DNA from: Azolla caroliniana
Lineage: Eukaryota > Plantae > Polypodiophyta
Length of the DNA stretch: 64,000 bases
Assembly (NCBI GenBank): GCA_043228905.1
Contig: JBHGNT010000002.1
Location: 13,888,001-13,952,000 of the forward strand
Direction: 5' to 3'
Shown: one piece after another, positions 37,949 to 50,300 of the stretch
Numbering within the stretch: the stretch's first letter is position 1
Layout: every line of letters starts with the position of its first letter
Program-made: the position numbers and the translations under genes
Notes under the pieces: model-generated
Databases searched by the model: none
What the model was told of the DNA's origin: nothing
Seen by the model: only the letters and a program-made list of their open reading frames with translations

Positions 37949-38059
37949 GGCAAGCTGTGGGTATTATTGAGTAATTTGTCTGTGTGTGTTGAGAAGAGAA
38001 ACACTCAACTTAAGAGATACACGCCGCCCGCCTGCCTGCCTGCGGGAATATGGAAGAAG

Positions 38060-38290
38060 CATATTATGTACATATCATATATGTATGTTGTATATGTCTA
38101 CATATTATATACATATATGTATATTATACATACTGTACATACATGTCTTATGCGCTCAACTATGTATGTATGTATATGTATTGTATGTATGTATAAGGGA
38201 AATATTGGATTAATTTATGTATACGCTTCTTTCTATACATACATTTATTTTCCTACTTCACGTTCTTTTCCCTCGTATACATACCTCACA
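38060..38290. repeat. TA/TG-rich low-complexity tract just upstream of LTN1
   Basis: Degenerate (TATG/TA)n; similar tract at about 39420-39790. Confidence 0.7.
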
Positions 38291-38699
38291 CAAATCAAGT
38301 CGAAGGCATAGATAGAGAGCACTAAGGAAGACCATGGTTGATGGGGGAGTACTAGGTGGTGCCAATAATGCAAAGGGAGTTCTTGCATTTGGGTCTAAAT
38401 TTGTCCCTCACTACATCTTTTATAATTTAGAAGCATGGAAAGGTAGACAATGGATATATGTATCAAAGATGATTTCATTACTTTTTGAAGTTGACATCAT
38501 GATGATATTAATGATGGCCAACATAAAGGATAGAAGAAGAAAAAACGGCCAAAGCAAAACAATTAGAAGAGATTCCAACAACTCAAAAGATCGTTGGTTG
38601 TCGATGTCGAACCAAGTTAAGGGATTGAAATTGGAAGACATAAGCATCCAATTGGGAAAGAACTACATATCATCGAAATAACAAAGCAACTTCCATTCC

Positions 38700-38940
38700 C
38701 ATTTCTCATAGAGTTGGTTTTGGGGTACATAGATGTTTTTGTGAGTTTTTACGGAGACATCATCAAGGGGTTGGACCCCAACTTCTATTAGTGTAAGATC
38801 CATCTAAAGGAGGGTAGGCACCTATGCATCGTGAAGAAGTGTAATGAATCTAAACCACATTGGAAAGGTGAAAGAAGAAATTAAAAATCTTCTATAAGTA
38901 TGATTCATTACCCTAATAAAGCAAGTGACTTAGATGAACA
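38700..38940 (+). pseudogene. Highly decayed Ty3/gypsy RT N-terminal fragment
   Basis: KIHLKEG..KVKEEIKNLL*V*FITLIKQVT* resembles the pre-RT/RT start of non-chromovirus gypsy elements. Confidence 0.5.
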
Positions 38941-39300
38941 TGAGAGTGTGCCAAGGAAGATTGGAAAAGGTAATCATATAGAACTACATTGACAATCGGG
39001 ACCTCATGACCCTAATAAAGCAAGTGACTTAGATGAACATGAGAGTGAACCAAGGAAGATTGGAAAAGGTAATCATATAGAACTACATTGACAATCAGGA
39101 CCTCATGACCCTAATAAAGCAAGTGACTTAGATGAACATGAGAGTGAGCCAAGGAAGATTGGAAAAGGTAATCATATAGAACTACATTGACAATCAGGAC
39201 CTCATTACCCTAATAAAGCAAGTGACTTAGATGAACATGAGAGTGAGCCAAGGAAGATTGGAAAAGGTAATCATATAGAACTACATTGACAATCAAGACC
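38906..39300. repeat. 99-bp x4 tandem repeat about 1 kb upstream of the LTN1 ATG
   Basis: ccctaataaagcaagtgac at 38911, 39010, 39109, 39208; units nearly identical. Confidence 0.95.
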
Positions 39301-40328
39301 AAATATTCGTACGGTGTTAGGAAGTTATGAGCATGCTTGTAAAATGTGAGGGGGACAATCAAAGACCTAAACCCGAGAAGATATGTTTAACGATTGAATT
39401 GATGTTTTTAGGGTAGGTGTATATATAATTCTATATGCAAGAGAAAGTGTGTGAATAATTGTATATATATGAGTGGATATATGATTAAGTATATATTCAC
39501 GTGTATAAGCATGTTTAATTGTGTATATGTACTTGAATGTGGGTATATGGACATATATATAAATATGTACATATATGTGTAAGTATACTTATATGTATAT
39601 AGATGTGTCTAATTACTTGTATAAGAATGTATAGGTTTATATAACGAATGTATGTTATGTTTGTATGTTTACATACATGTTTATGAGTTGGAGCTTGAAG
39701 ATGTTTATGTGTCTTTATAAATATGTGAGGTTAGATGTATATGCTTGTGTATGTCTATTTTTATACAAACGTGAGTGAATATTGCAAATATGTGTGAAGT
39801 CAGTTTTTTGATCATAAGGAAAAACCATTGCAAATATGTTCAATGCTAAGATGACAAATAACAAAGAGCTATATGAAAGGTTAAAGTATTAATGGAGGAA
39901 GGAACTTGAAGGTGTGAAAAGAACAACGTGCGGAAGCTACAGAACGCAAAACGTAGGAAAACATGGGTTTAATGGAGAGCTTGGACATACACATAGTACG
40001 CGGGAGACACACAGAGAGAGTACACACTACTCTATTCAAGAAGTAATACTCAGTCTATACATAGAATGTGCTCAGTGAGCACTTTTATACAAGTCCATAC
40101 GGGTTGACAGAAGTACTGGCATGTACTTCAATGCTCATAAATGAGCTCTACACTAACTCCCAAAATATATTCCTACGCGGAATATCTTTCCAACGGCCTC
40201 GCGGTTTACGCACCACTACGACTTCTCGTTGCGCACCGGTTTACGCACCGGTCCGGCCTAACCGATTGGTCCCAACCGATCCGGTTCTCGGCTTGCTCAA
40301 CCGATCCGGCCAATGTTGAGCTTGTATC

Positions 40329-43300
40329 TCAACACTCCCCCTCAAGCTCAACTTGAGGCTCTTCTGGTTCTTCTGGATCACGGCTCTGGTTTCTTCTGGC
40401 TTCACGCCTTGCCCGCGCTCCTCGTCCTGTTCGATTCCAGGCACCTTGACCCTTCCGGTCGGCTTGTTTGCTCATTTGGCCCTTCTCAGCTCCCTTGCTG
40501 TCATGGTGTCGGCACGTCATTCGCTGCCCTTTTCTCCGCATGGCCTTCAGTTGATTTGGTGTATCCGAATCGAACACTTCTGATTCAATTCCGCTCTCAT
40601 CTGAATTGGCTGTCTCCAATTCGTCTCCTGTCTTTAGGCCTTTGACTACATCAGACCACATCTTGGTCTTGGCCTTTACGCCCTTCTTGGCTATATCTCC
40701 CCCTAATTTGGCTATCCTCGGCTCTTCCCTATGGTTATGACCCTTGCTCTTTTCTTCGGCTTCTTCAGTCGACCCGAAATCGAATTCTTCATCCGATTCC
40801 GCGTCATGGTCACTTTTGTCGCGATGACCACCTCCGCTCCTTTCACGCTCTTGTTCCTGTTCGTCTTCCTTTCTCCCCCTCAAGTTCGGCGTGTTGAGGT
40901 GACGCAACCCAAGCTCACCCGAGAAATGTTGTAACTTGTCGAGACCAAGAGGCTTGGTGAAGATGTCAGCAACTTGCCGATCAGTCGGAACATGCACTAG
41001 TTCGACTTCACCTGAAAGGACCCGCTCGTAGACAAAATGGTAATGCACCTCAATGTGATTGGTCCGGGTGTGGAACATAGGGTTTTTCGCAAGGTGGATA
41101 CTGCTGAGGTTGTCACAAAAGATCGTCGTCGGATCAGACACCTCTACATGCAAATCACATAATAGCCGTTTTAGCCAAATGACTTCGCACGTAGTGACAG
41201 TCACCCCTCAATACTCGGCCTCCGTGCTCGACAGTGCTATTGTCGGCTGCTTCTTATTGCTCCATGCAATCGCCGCACTTCCTAGAGAGAATGCGTATCC
41301 GGATGTGGATCTACGATCGTGGGCGTTTCCGGCCCAATCAGCATCCGTGTGGCTAACTAACTGTTCGGTTACACCTGCTCGATATAGCAACGCCATGTCT
41401 TTTGTGCCAATGACATATCGCAATATCCTTTGCGTGCACTGAAAGTGTTCGGCTGTAGGCCGTGACATGAATTGATTGATCAGTCCGACCGGGTAACTGA
41501 GGTCCGGCCGAGTAATCGTCAAATAGATGAGGCTTTCGACAATCTATCGGAACCGTGTCGGATCGCACGCTTTTCCCGAATCTAGGAAAAGCTTCACGTT
41601 CCTATCCAGAGGCATTGAGATGGGCTTACAGTCTGCCATCCCAAACTTGAAGAGCATATTCAACGCATAATGACGTTGGCTGATCAATACGCCTTCGGGG
41701 GTACGGTCACTTCGATCCTGAGGAAGTAATGAAGGTCCCCTAGGTCCTTCATGTCAAATGATGCCGCGAGCTGGAGCTTTACGCGGTCGATTTCACCTAG
41801 GTCGGCGCCGGTGATGACGAAGTCATCAACATAAAGTAAAATACTAACCAGCCTGAGGCGACCTTTCCGAATGAATAGTGAAGAGTTTGATTTGGACGTC
41901 GCAAATCCCATCTGACGCAATCGTTGTGTGATTTTCGCGTTCCAAGCACGCGGGGCTTGCTTTAGTTCATAAAGGGACTTCTTCAACTCGTAGACCGCCG
42001 AGGTGTTCATTCTGGAGTGAAATCCAGGGGGTTGTACCATGTACACCTGTTCCTCAAGCTCGCCTTGCAGGAACGCATTCTTGACATCCATCTGATGTAA
42101 ATGCCACCCCTTCGCCGCTGCTACGGCTAGCAGAACACGCACAATAGTCATCTTCGTAGTCCACGCCGTGCTTCTGCGTGTAGCCTTTCACTACTAATCG
42201 GGCCTTGTATAAGTTGATCGAGCCGTCGGTGTTGTACTTGACCTTGTACACCCACATACATTCGATCGATTTCACACCCTTCGGTGCGTCAACCAGGTCC
42301 AGGTTTCATTCTCCGCCAATGCACGCATCTCTTCCTCCATTGCGGCATGCCAAATTGTGTCCTTCGTCGCTTCTGCGTAGCTCTCCGGCTCACACACTTC
42401 TGCGACGCCATTTTGCTCCGGCGTATACCTGCAACTGAATTCACGCTGAATTTCCATTGTTGTAGATAATTGTTGAATTGGTTGGAAAAGTACTCTTTTC
42501 CGCCATCCGACCGCAGGCACTTGATCTTTCTCCATGTTTCCCTTTCTACGAAGCTTTTGAGGTCCTGGAAACAGTCGAAAACTTCACTTTTCTTTTCAAT
42601 GAGATAGATCCACGTGTGCCGCGTGTAGTCATCGATGAAGGAGACAAAATATCTACTCCGGCCAAGACTAACGTTCAGTGCCAGCCCCCATACATCCGAA
42701 TGTATCAAGTCGAGCTTGTTCTGGCTCCGGTTACACTCATTTGGGAAAGGAAGTCGGTGTTGCTTCCCTAGCTGGCAAGCTTCACAAATTTGGGCCTTTC
42801 GGCCACTGAATTTGGGCAATCCAAACACAACTTGTTTCGATTGCAAGTCCTGAAGCCTTTGATAGTTGACGTGGCCTATCCGCTTGTGCCACAAGTCGAT
42901 ATCCGACGCGACTTTTTGTCCTTTTGCAAAAATTGCAGTGCCAACGTCATTGGTGTCGAGGATAAACATCCTCCCGTCTCTGCGCCCTTGCGCAATAACT
43001 TGGCCTTCCTCCTCGATGAAGCACCCAAGATGCGTGAACCAGACTTGCATCCCCTAGTCGACGATCTGCCCGACTGACACCACATTCATCGTGATTGTCG
43101 GGACGTGTAACACGTTCATGAGTTTCCCTTTTGGCCCGACATGGCTCAGGGGAACTTCACCGACATTCTTGATCGAATGCGAAGTGTCATCTCCTGTTGC
43201 AACTACTCCCGGTTCCATCGGTTTCTCAAGGTATGAGAACCACTCCTTATGGCTCATCATGTGGTTTGACGCGTCGGAGTCAACATACCACACCTCGTCC

Positions 43301-44301
43301 GATTTCGGGGTGGTCTTCTTCATCGAGTTCGCCTCATGTCTCGTCACGAAGGCTGTCCCCTTTTCGATTTTTTTGAATCCTTCGATGTAGTGCAATCGTT
43401 GCCGATTTCCTTTGTCGGTTTGTCTGGATCTGGATCCGGATCCGGTTTTCTCCGAATCAACGCGCTTCTTCCAGCACTCACTCTCCTTGTGGCCTTTTTT
43501 GCCATAGTACCAACATTCCACGATGGGTTTCCCTTGCCGGTTCTCGTCGCCTCAACTCCCCCTGTTTTCGGAGGGTCTGGAATTGCTGTCAACATCACTT
43601 CGATGCCTTCTTCCTTGATCCCGCCGGCCGCCTCCATTGCGCACCGACTCGTCCCGTCCGCCACGACCATGGGGTCTATCTTCCTCCATGTACAACATCT
43701 TGCTATTGGTGTGCGTACTCGTCGACGCACCCGCGTGGTTCTCCTCTATAAGGAGCATCGATTGTAGGTCGAAAAACGACGACGTATTCTCCCATGTGCA
43801 CACAGTAGTTCGGAACGCTCCGAACTTCGATGCCAGTCCCCCGAGACAGATCTGCACCATCTCGCCTTCCTCGACATTCACATCAATGGAGGCTAAGGAG
43901 TCGCATATATCTTTGATCTTCGAGGTGTAATCAGCCACCTACAAATCACGTTGTTGCAAGTTGCTAAACTCCTGTCGGAGTTGGAGCTTTCTAGCTATGG
44001 TGCTTGCGGCGAAAATCTTTTTCAGATTTCCCCAAGCATCCTTCGGCGTTTTCGCATCCCGAATATAGCTCAGAAGTTGTTCGCCCACACAATACACGAA
44101 GTAGTAGAGAACTCTACTCGCCGTCTGTTCCCAAGCCAGGAAGTCTTCGTGTGTTGAATCAGGTGTTGTGTCATTTGCTCCATCGACATAGCTCCAATAT
44201 CCATGCCCGAGCAGGTACTGTTGCATCTTGTACGACCAAGATGCGTAGTTGTTTCTGTCGAGCTTCTCGGTTGGAAGCGAGCTAGCCATGCCTCTATCCA
44301 T
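40329..44301 (-). pseudogene. Element D gag-pol, disrupted, integrase core deleted
   Basis: EKLDRNNYASW; WYVDSDASNH; LWHKRIGH..CEAC; QNGVAE fused to VCEPES; HQMDVKNAFL; LYVDD; TDADWAG; ADIFTKPL. Confidence 0.92.
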
Positions 44302-44574
44302 TTTGTTTCCCTGTTCTTTACAAAGGTTAGGTTCTCTTCTCGAGCTAAGGTCGGCTGCAAAGGTTCTCAACCCTCGCACTCAGATACCATGGGAAAAGAA
44401 CAACGTGCGGAAGCTACAGAACGCTGTCATGAAGTACGAAAGCTTCACATTAAAAGTCTACAATAAGATAAATACGTAATGAAAATAAAATAAACCTTTA
44501 TAATGTTAATAACATACTATGATAATATTATACATTATATGTAGAGACAACAATATATATATCTATTATATTAC

Positions 44575-44798
44575 ATGGACAAGAGGGGACTTGGACTAAT
44601 AAACCCTACCTTATGACACTCAAAGGTTACCATTTAGCCTATACTAATCATTTACAAAATAATATATGATTTGAAGTAGTATTTTATAGTCTAAACCATG
44701 TAATATAATAAATGCACAAAATTACATGGGCAAAAGAGGACTTGAACCAACATCCTCAACCTTATGGCGTTCAAACCTTACCATTTAGCCTATACTTA
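44575..44798 (-). promoter_or_regulatory. Two tandem tRNA-like A-box/B-box modules in U3 of LTR F (antisense)
   Basis: AGGCTAAATGGTAA..GGTTCAAGTCC (44791->44738) and a decayed copy AGGCTAAATGGTAA..AGTCCAAGTCC (44640->44587). Confidence 0.55.
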
Positions 44799-45061
44799 TA
44801 ATGTATATAAATATGTGTCTTGTTTTCATTTGAAGTAGTATTATATGGTTTAAACCATCAAACGTGCTACATGTGCACCATATAGCACACATGGAAGAGC
44901 TTCTCTGCATGTGCGCCACATGGCCCACATGCAGAACCATCTCTTCCCTATAAAAGGAGAAGGAAGTATAGACAAAAGAACCCAAGAAATAAGATTGAGA
45001 GGATTATATTGGATCTAGAGAAAGATATATTATAATAGAGAAAGGTATCTTTAAGAGAAGA

Positions 45062-45132
45062 GAAGAACTAGCTTGGTGGTTGTGGTCCTCAACTTGCAAC
45101 GAAAGGGCGGTGGTTCGAGTCTTATACTTGTC
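45062..45132 (+). promoter_or_regulatory. tRNA-like A-box/B-box module in LTR F (sense, downstream of the TATA)
   Basis: TAGCTTGGTGG 45069-45079, GGTTCGAGTCT 45112-45122. Confidence 0.55.
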
Positions 45133-46089
45133 GAGAGATTGAAGGGAAGACTATGGTTCTTACTATTAAGAAAGAGGAAGCTAGTTACCTTGCGAGACAA
45201 GAATTGAAGGTTCAACGACGCTTGCAACCATTTTGTAACTCTTTCATGAAAATGATTATAAATTTCATATATTTTCTCAAATATTATTTTATATCTTATC
45301 TTATCATATCTTATATTCCTTAAAAATCCTATCTTGTCATATCTTATTGATCTCTATTCACTCCATCTCTACTCTTTCGTCCATAATCCCAGTGATTCCT
45401 TCCTCACTTTCACGTTATCTTTTGTCTGTGCAACGCTACGCGTCTAGGCGAGCCACGTCACAACAATGCGGTGTCGTGCCTTTCGGCTCCGGATCGTTGC
45501 GTGAGTCGGGTGGGAACCGCCGAGGTTTTAGACTAGGAGAAAGAAGAATATGAGATGAGGCTAGTAATGAATAGATTATTAGAAAGAGAGATAGAAATTT
45601 CGTGAATCCCACGAGTGTATTGTATTCGATTAATCAATATTTAGATAAGAATATGTATTTAGATTGAAAGAAAGATATAAGAAAACTTGTGAATCCCACA
45701 AGTATAGATTATATTATTTTCGTGAATCCCACGATTATATTAATCGGTTGGTGTTTTCGGAAATATATCCAATTTCCAAATATTTCACACACCTATTACA
45801 TTGTGCTCCCCAACCTTATGTAGTGATGGGAGAGACTAAGCATAACTACATGCTTTTTTTTTCTAATATGTTCATGCACACTAAATGTGCATGTGATGCT
45901 TTTCTAATCCTTGCTTTTATTTGCTAAATATAGTGCTCATGCACGCTAGATGTGCATGAGTCACTTTTTAGTTGCTTGCGTTTTTCTATAAAATATTCAC
46001 GCACTCTAAAAATGCATGATTTACCTTTTAATAAAGGTAGGCGCAAATAAAGCACTTATAGTTATTAAATCTATTTGTAGAACACTAAA

Positions 46090-46160
46090 GATAAGGTAGC
46101 ATAATGGTAAAGTTGAGGTTTGGCTACGTGGAGGTACAAGGTTCGAATCCTGCCCTATGT
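46090..46160 (+). promoter_or_regulatory. tRNA-like Pol III A-box/B-box module inside the E LTR (antisense to the element)
   Basis: A-box TAGCATAATGG 46097-46107, B-box GGTTCGAATCC 46140-46150; stems degenerate, so not a functional tRNA. Confidence 0.65.
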
Positions 46161-47338
46161 GTCGAAAGGGCACTCCCATCCCGTAGCTTCCCGGACGCCT
46201 TCCGCGGTGCTTCGGATCTCGTTGGAGTCGGTTTTCTCGGTGTTTTCTAGAACTTCCGGCCAAAAAGACGTCTTTTCTCTCGATGACTCCCCGACACATA
46301 TTCCCGCGGTTGTCGCATAGTTGCTTCTTGCCGCCAATTCCTCCTCGAGCACCTTCTTCATGCCGCCTTTCCGGAAGTTCGGTCGGAGTGGCTTCCGAGA
46401 GTCCATCGAATGAATCCGGTTTCCCTCGTAGTAGATGAGATCCCGCCGTAGCGCCTCCTTATGCTCGTCGCAATCCCTCCGATCGTGTTCGGCGCTATCG
46501 CACCATATGCACCGTCGGTCCGTATACTTGGAGCTTGTGGGGCGGTCATCCGACTTCTTCACCATCGCGATCTTTAGATTCTCCATCTCCTTCAATAGTT
46601 GCTCCACCGTAGATGCATCAATCCCCTTCTCGGTTGTAGTCTCCCGAGCCCTCGGTTGATGGTCTTCCAATCCGGTTCTCGGTTTCAGAATCAGTTCCGA
46701 AACCCTCTTTTCCTCGTTGGCAAGCCATTGCCCCCTCTTCGTGTATCGCGCGACGATATCCCGCACGCTTTCCCATGTTTCGGTGAGGCCACTCTCCGTG
46801 ATCGTGTCCTTCAAGAGCACTCCGAGATCTTTCCGGTCCCGGATGTCCACGGCTCGTAAGAACATGATCACCTTGTCCGGTACGAGGATAGCTTGATCTC
46901 TCGCGGACAACCTCCCGAACCGGCTTTCGAATGCCGAAAACACATCAACGACCTTCAATCCCTTGTTCGGCGTCTCCACCCAATCTTCGAATCCCCTTCG
47001 CGTCGCCTTGGAGGAATCCTCGATGGCGAACGTCCTCTTTAGCTCTTCTTCAAAGCCTCCCATGTCGGATTTTGTTGTCGTAGCCCATGGATGCTTGCTT
47101 GAAGCCCGTCGGTTGCCACCCGGTTGAAGGACGTCACTTGCAGTCCTTCCGATATTCTGCACCGTAGCATCTCCGCCTTGTAGTCCCGAAGATACCGCGA
47201 CACGTCTTTCCCGTTGAATTGCCCGTTTCGTTGCACGAGCCGCTGCACTGATGCCGCTATCTCCGACATCGCGCGTTGTTCTTGTAGCATGTGCTCGAAC
47301 ATCATCATCATGTTGCTAGCCTCCGGTTGATTTTCCAT
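46155..47338 (-). pseudogene. Element E gag (one frameshift, truncated)
   Basis: FNGKDVSRYL..; knuckle CIWCDSAEHDRRDC; homologous to G gag (FTRKDVTQFL; CL*CDSLEHRRSEC). Confidence 0.85.
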
Positions 47339-48999
47339 CTCCTTGCCACCCAGTTTTCACGTCGGGTTCACCAACTATGTCGTGCCTTTCGGCTCCGGAT
47401 CGTTGCGTAAGTCGGGTGGGAACCGCCGAGGTTTTGGACTAGGAGGAAGAAAAATACAAATAAGGCTAGTAAAGAATAGGTATAAAGAGTTATAAGATAA
47501 GAATCTTGTGAATCCCACGAGTTTAGTATATTTAGTCAATATTTAGGTAGTAAGAGAGAATTATTTTAGCAAATTCGTGAATCCCACGAATATTTTAGAT
47601 TGATTGATCATTATAGAAAAAAAATCAACAACAACTACAATGTGCTCCCCATCCTTATATAGTGATGGGAGAGACTAAGCATAGCTACATGCTTTTTTTT
47701 AATATGTTCATGCACACTAAATGTGCATGTGATGCTTTTCTAATCCTTGCTTTTATTTGCTAAATATAGTGCTCATGCGCGCTAGATGTGCATGAGTCAC
47801 TTTTTAGTTGCTTGCGTTTTTCTATAAAATATTCACGCACTCTAAAAATGCATGATTTACCTTTTAATAAATGTAGGCGCAAATAAAGCACTTATAGTTA
47901 TTAAATCTATTTGTAGAACACTAAAGATAAGGTAGCATAATGGTAAAGTTGAGGTTTGGCTACGTGGAGGTACAGGGTTCTTGCCTTATGCACGTGATAA
48001 ATATTTTGATATATTATTTATTTATTTATATGTATCTAAAATCGGATATATTATTTTATGGTTTTCACGTAGTGTGTGGAATACACTACGACAACGGAAT
48101 GTAGGAAAACACAGGTTTAATGGAGAGCTTGGACATACACACAGTACGCGGGAGACACACAGAGAGAGTACACATTACTCTATTCAAGAAGTAATACTTA
48201 GTCTATACATAGAATGTGCTCAGTGAGCACTTTTATACAAGTCCATATGGACTGACAAAAGTACTGACACGTACTTCAATGCTCATAAATGAGCTCTACA
48301 CTAACTCCCAAAATATATTCCTACACGGAATATCTTTCCAATGGCCTCGCGGTTTACGCACTGCTACGACTTCTCGTTGTGCACCGGTTTACGCACCGGT
48401 CCAGCCTAATCGATTGATCCCAACCGATCCGGTTCTCTGCTTGCTCAATTGATCCGGCCAATGTTGAGCTTGTATCTCAACAGAAGGGATATAAAGTTAG
48501 AAGCATTTTTCAAAAGTAGAAAAAAGCATAGGCAAAAAAAGCAAAAAGGCAAAAAAAAAACACAACATGAGTATGAAGATTTAGGTAGAGAAAAAAGCTC
48601 ATAACTTCTTCATTTGATGTCCAAATTTCAAAAGAAAAGATCCATAACAACGCTAACAATAAGAGCTTTCCATAAAATTCATGTATGACAAATTTGGGAT
48701 GACAGAGGAGAAATAATGATATAAAAAAACACCCCACATAAACTTGAGGATATTTAAAAAGAAAGGAAAGTAAAAAGGCAAGAATAACGGAACCAAAAAC
48801 CAATAAATAGGAGGGTATTCTTAGCAATTTGAGGGGGAGGGAGGAAGAATAGAAGTTCTAAAAGAAGTGAGAAGAGTCTTGGTAGAAGGGGAAAAGAAGG
48901 GACGTCTTTTTTTGTTTAAAGTTATAGAAAGAAAAGAAGTTATAGTAAAGGGTTGTCATGGGGATACATGTTGGAAGGTCCAAGAAAAAGTATAGAATG

Positions 49000-50300
49000 T
49001 TGGAGACGGTTTATGTCATTGCCAATACAAGACCAAGCCAACATCCTCCATGGAATCAGGGGCGGATGGGCTATGAGATTTGAAATCATTAACGCTCACT
49101 AATTAGGGAAGCTGCTCATCAAAGGACGATAATGGAGAAATGGATAGGCTATAAGGAGGAGGGCTCTTTGATCCCAAGAGGTAGGGACACACCAGACAAG
49201 ATCAAAGGCTCTGAATTACAGGACAACGAGACATCAACACAACATAAGGCAATTCAAGTACTAGCATATACTGGGCATAAATGGATTGTAGATCCTGATC
49301 CGAACAAAGGACAACCAGATTGACACATATGTACTCTTGAAAGCACATGGCTATGTAAGGCTAGTTGGGACCCTTTGCAATGGACATGGTGTGATCCTTA
49401 CGGAAGGCAAGGAAGCAAACCTATCCCTTTCTTTCAATTCACAACTAGATTGGGTCACCATATTATAGCCGCTCAATCCGCCCAAGAGTCGGCTGCTGCA
49501 AAGGTCTGGCACACATATCATGTTCCTTACATAATTATCACCAAGTTTTGGCAGAAACTTTGGAAACAACAACATGCGAGGCAAATCACCACTTTCCAAT
49601 GGCTATTAATACATAAGTCACTATCGGTTGGTGCATGGAAGTGTGGGAACCTCAGCTCTCCTAATTGTGTAGTGTGTCCAACTGTATTAGAATCCATACG
49701 ACAGGCTCTATGGGACTGCCCAGAGTCCCATCGAATATGGCGGGGGATTGGCCGCTTATTACAATGATGCCAGGTGCAAGGCTCAGTCAAGTGGGGGAAT
49801 GTATGTTGGTTATCATGGCAAGCCCCAATTGATAGTTATGAGCATCAGGAAGAGGGGATGACTTTGGTTATAAAAGTACAAGAGATTTTTTTCTCCACCA
49901 TTGGCAATATCCACTCAACTCCTATTAGTGCCAAATCTCAAGTTGTGTTGGACTCGGTCAGCCCAATAACTCTTTGGATTCTATGGAACCAATGGTGTAG
50001 ACGGGTCTTCTCCAACCAAAGCGCACAACCAATAATGTTAATGCAAGAGATATGGAGTGAAACTATAGCCACTCTAAAGAGCCAATATGATGGCCTCAAG
50101 GGCGACTCCGATAGAGTTGAAAGACAACGACTAGCCTTTATCCAACAATGGTCGTCCTCTCCCTTTCTTGAGGCAGTGGGCATCCACATAAGATGGATCT
50201 ATCGTGTCCCTATAGGGATTTGTATATAATAATCTCATTTGTAAAATCTTTAAAACTAATGGAAGAAGTTTTTTTTTGGAAAAAAGAAAAAAGAAAAAAA
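49000..50300 (+). mobile_element. 5'-truncated L1-type LINE (ORF2 C-terminus, zf-RVT-like) with A-rich tail
   Basis: FQWLLIHKSL..CVVCPTVLESIRQALWDC; TLWILWNQWCRRVF; A-rich tail 50280-50300; left boundary approximate. Confidence 0.75.

Larger units (their letters stand above)
44425..45465 (+). mobile_element. Solo LTR F (gypsy, related to G)
   Basis: TGTCATGA..TCACAACA ends; 4-bp TSD acgc/atgc; TATA at about 44950; CACATG block 44868-44932 is the reverse complement of the G LTR block at about 51880-51945. Confidence 0.85.
45472..48093 (-). mobile_element. Element E: internally deleted Ty3/gypsy (gag only), tRNA-Trp PBS
   Basis: 5' LTR 47378-48093; truncated 3' LTR 45472-46159 fused to gag; 47356-47373 ttcacgtcgggttcacca matches my recollection of the plant tRNA-Trp 3' end; 4-bp TSD gcgg/acgg. 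Confidence 0.9.
39913..48482 (-). mobile_element. Element D: Ty1/copia whose 5' LTR is split by two nested gypsy insertions
   Basis: 3' LTR 39913-40334; 5' LTR 44390-44424 + 45466-45471 + 48094-48482; perfect TSD GAAGG (39908-39912, 48483-48487); PBS TGGTATCTGAG 44379-44389; PPT 40335-40346. Confidence 0.95.

Noticed and set aside
37856-38311. 151-aa plus-strand ORF
   Set aside because: Antisense to LTN1 exon 1 and runs through TA/TG low-complexity sequence; no domain.
38906-39300. CRISPR-like array
   Set aside because: Whole units repeat with no unique spacers, so it is a plain tandem repeat.
46090-46160. Functional tRNA gene
   Set aside because: A and B boxes are present, but the acceptor, anticodon and T stems pair poorly.
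47356-47373. tRNA-Trp gene
   Set aside because: Only the 3' 18 nt including CCA, next to an LTR; it is a PBS (same at 58588-58605).
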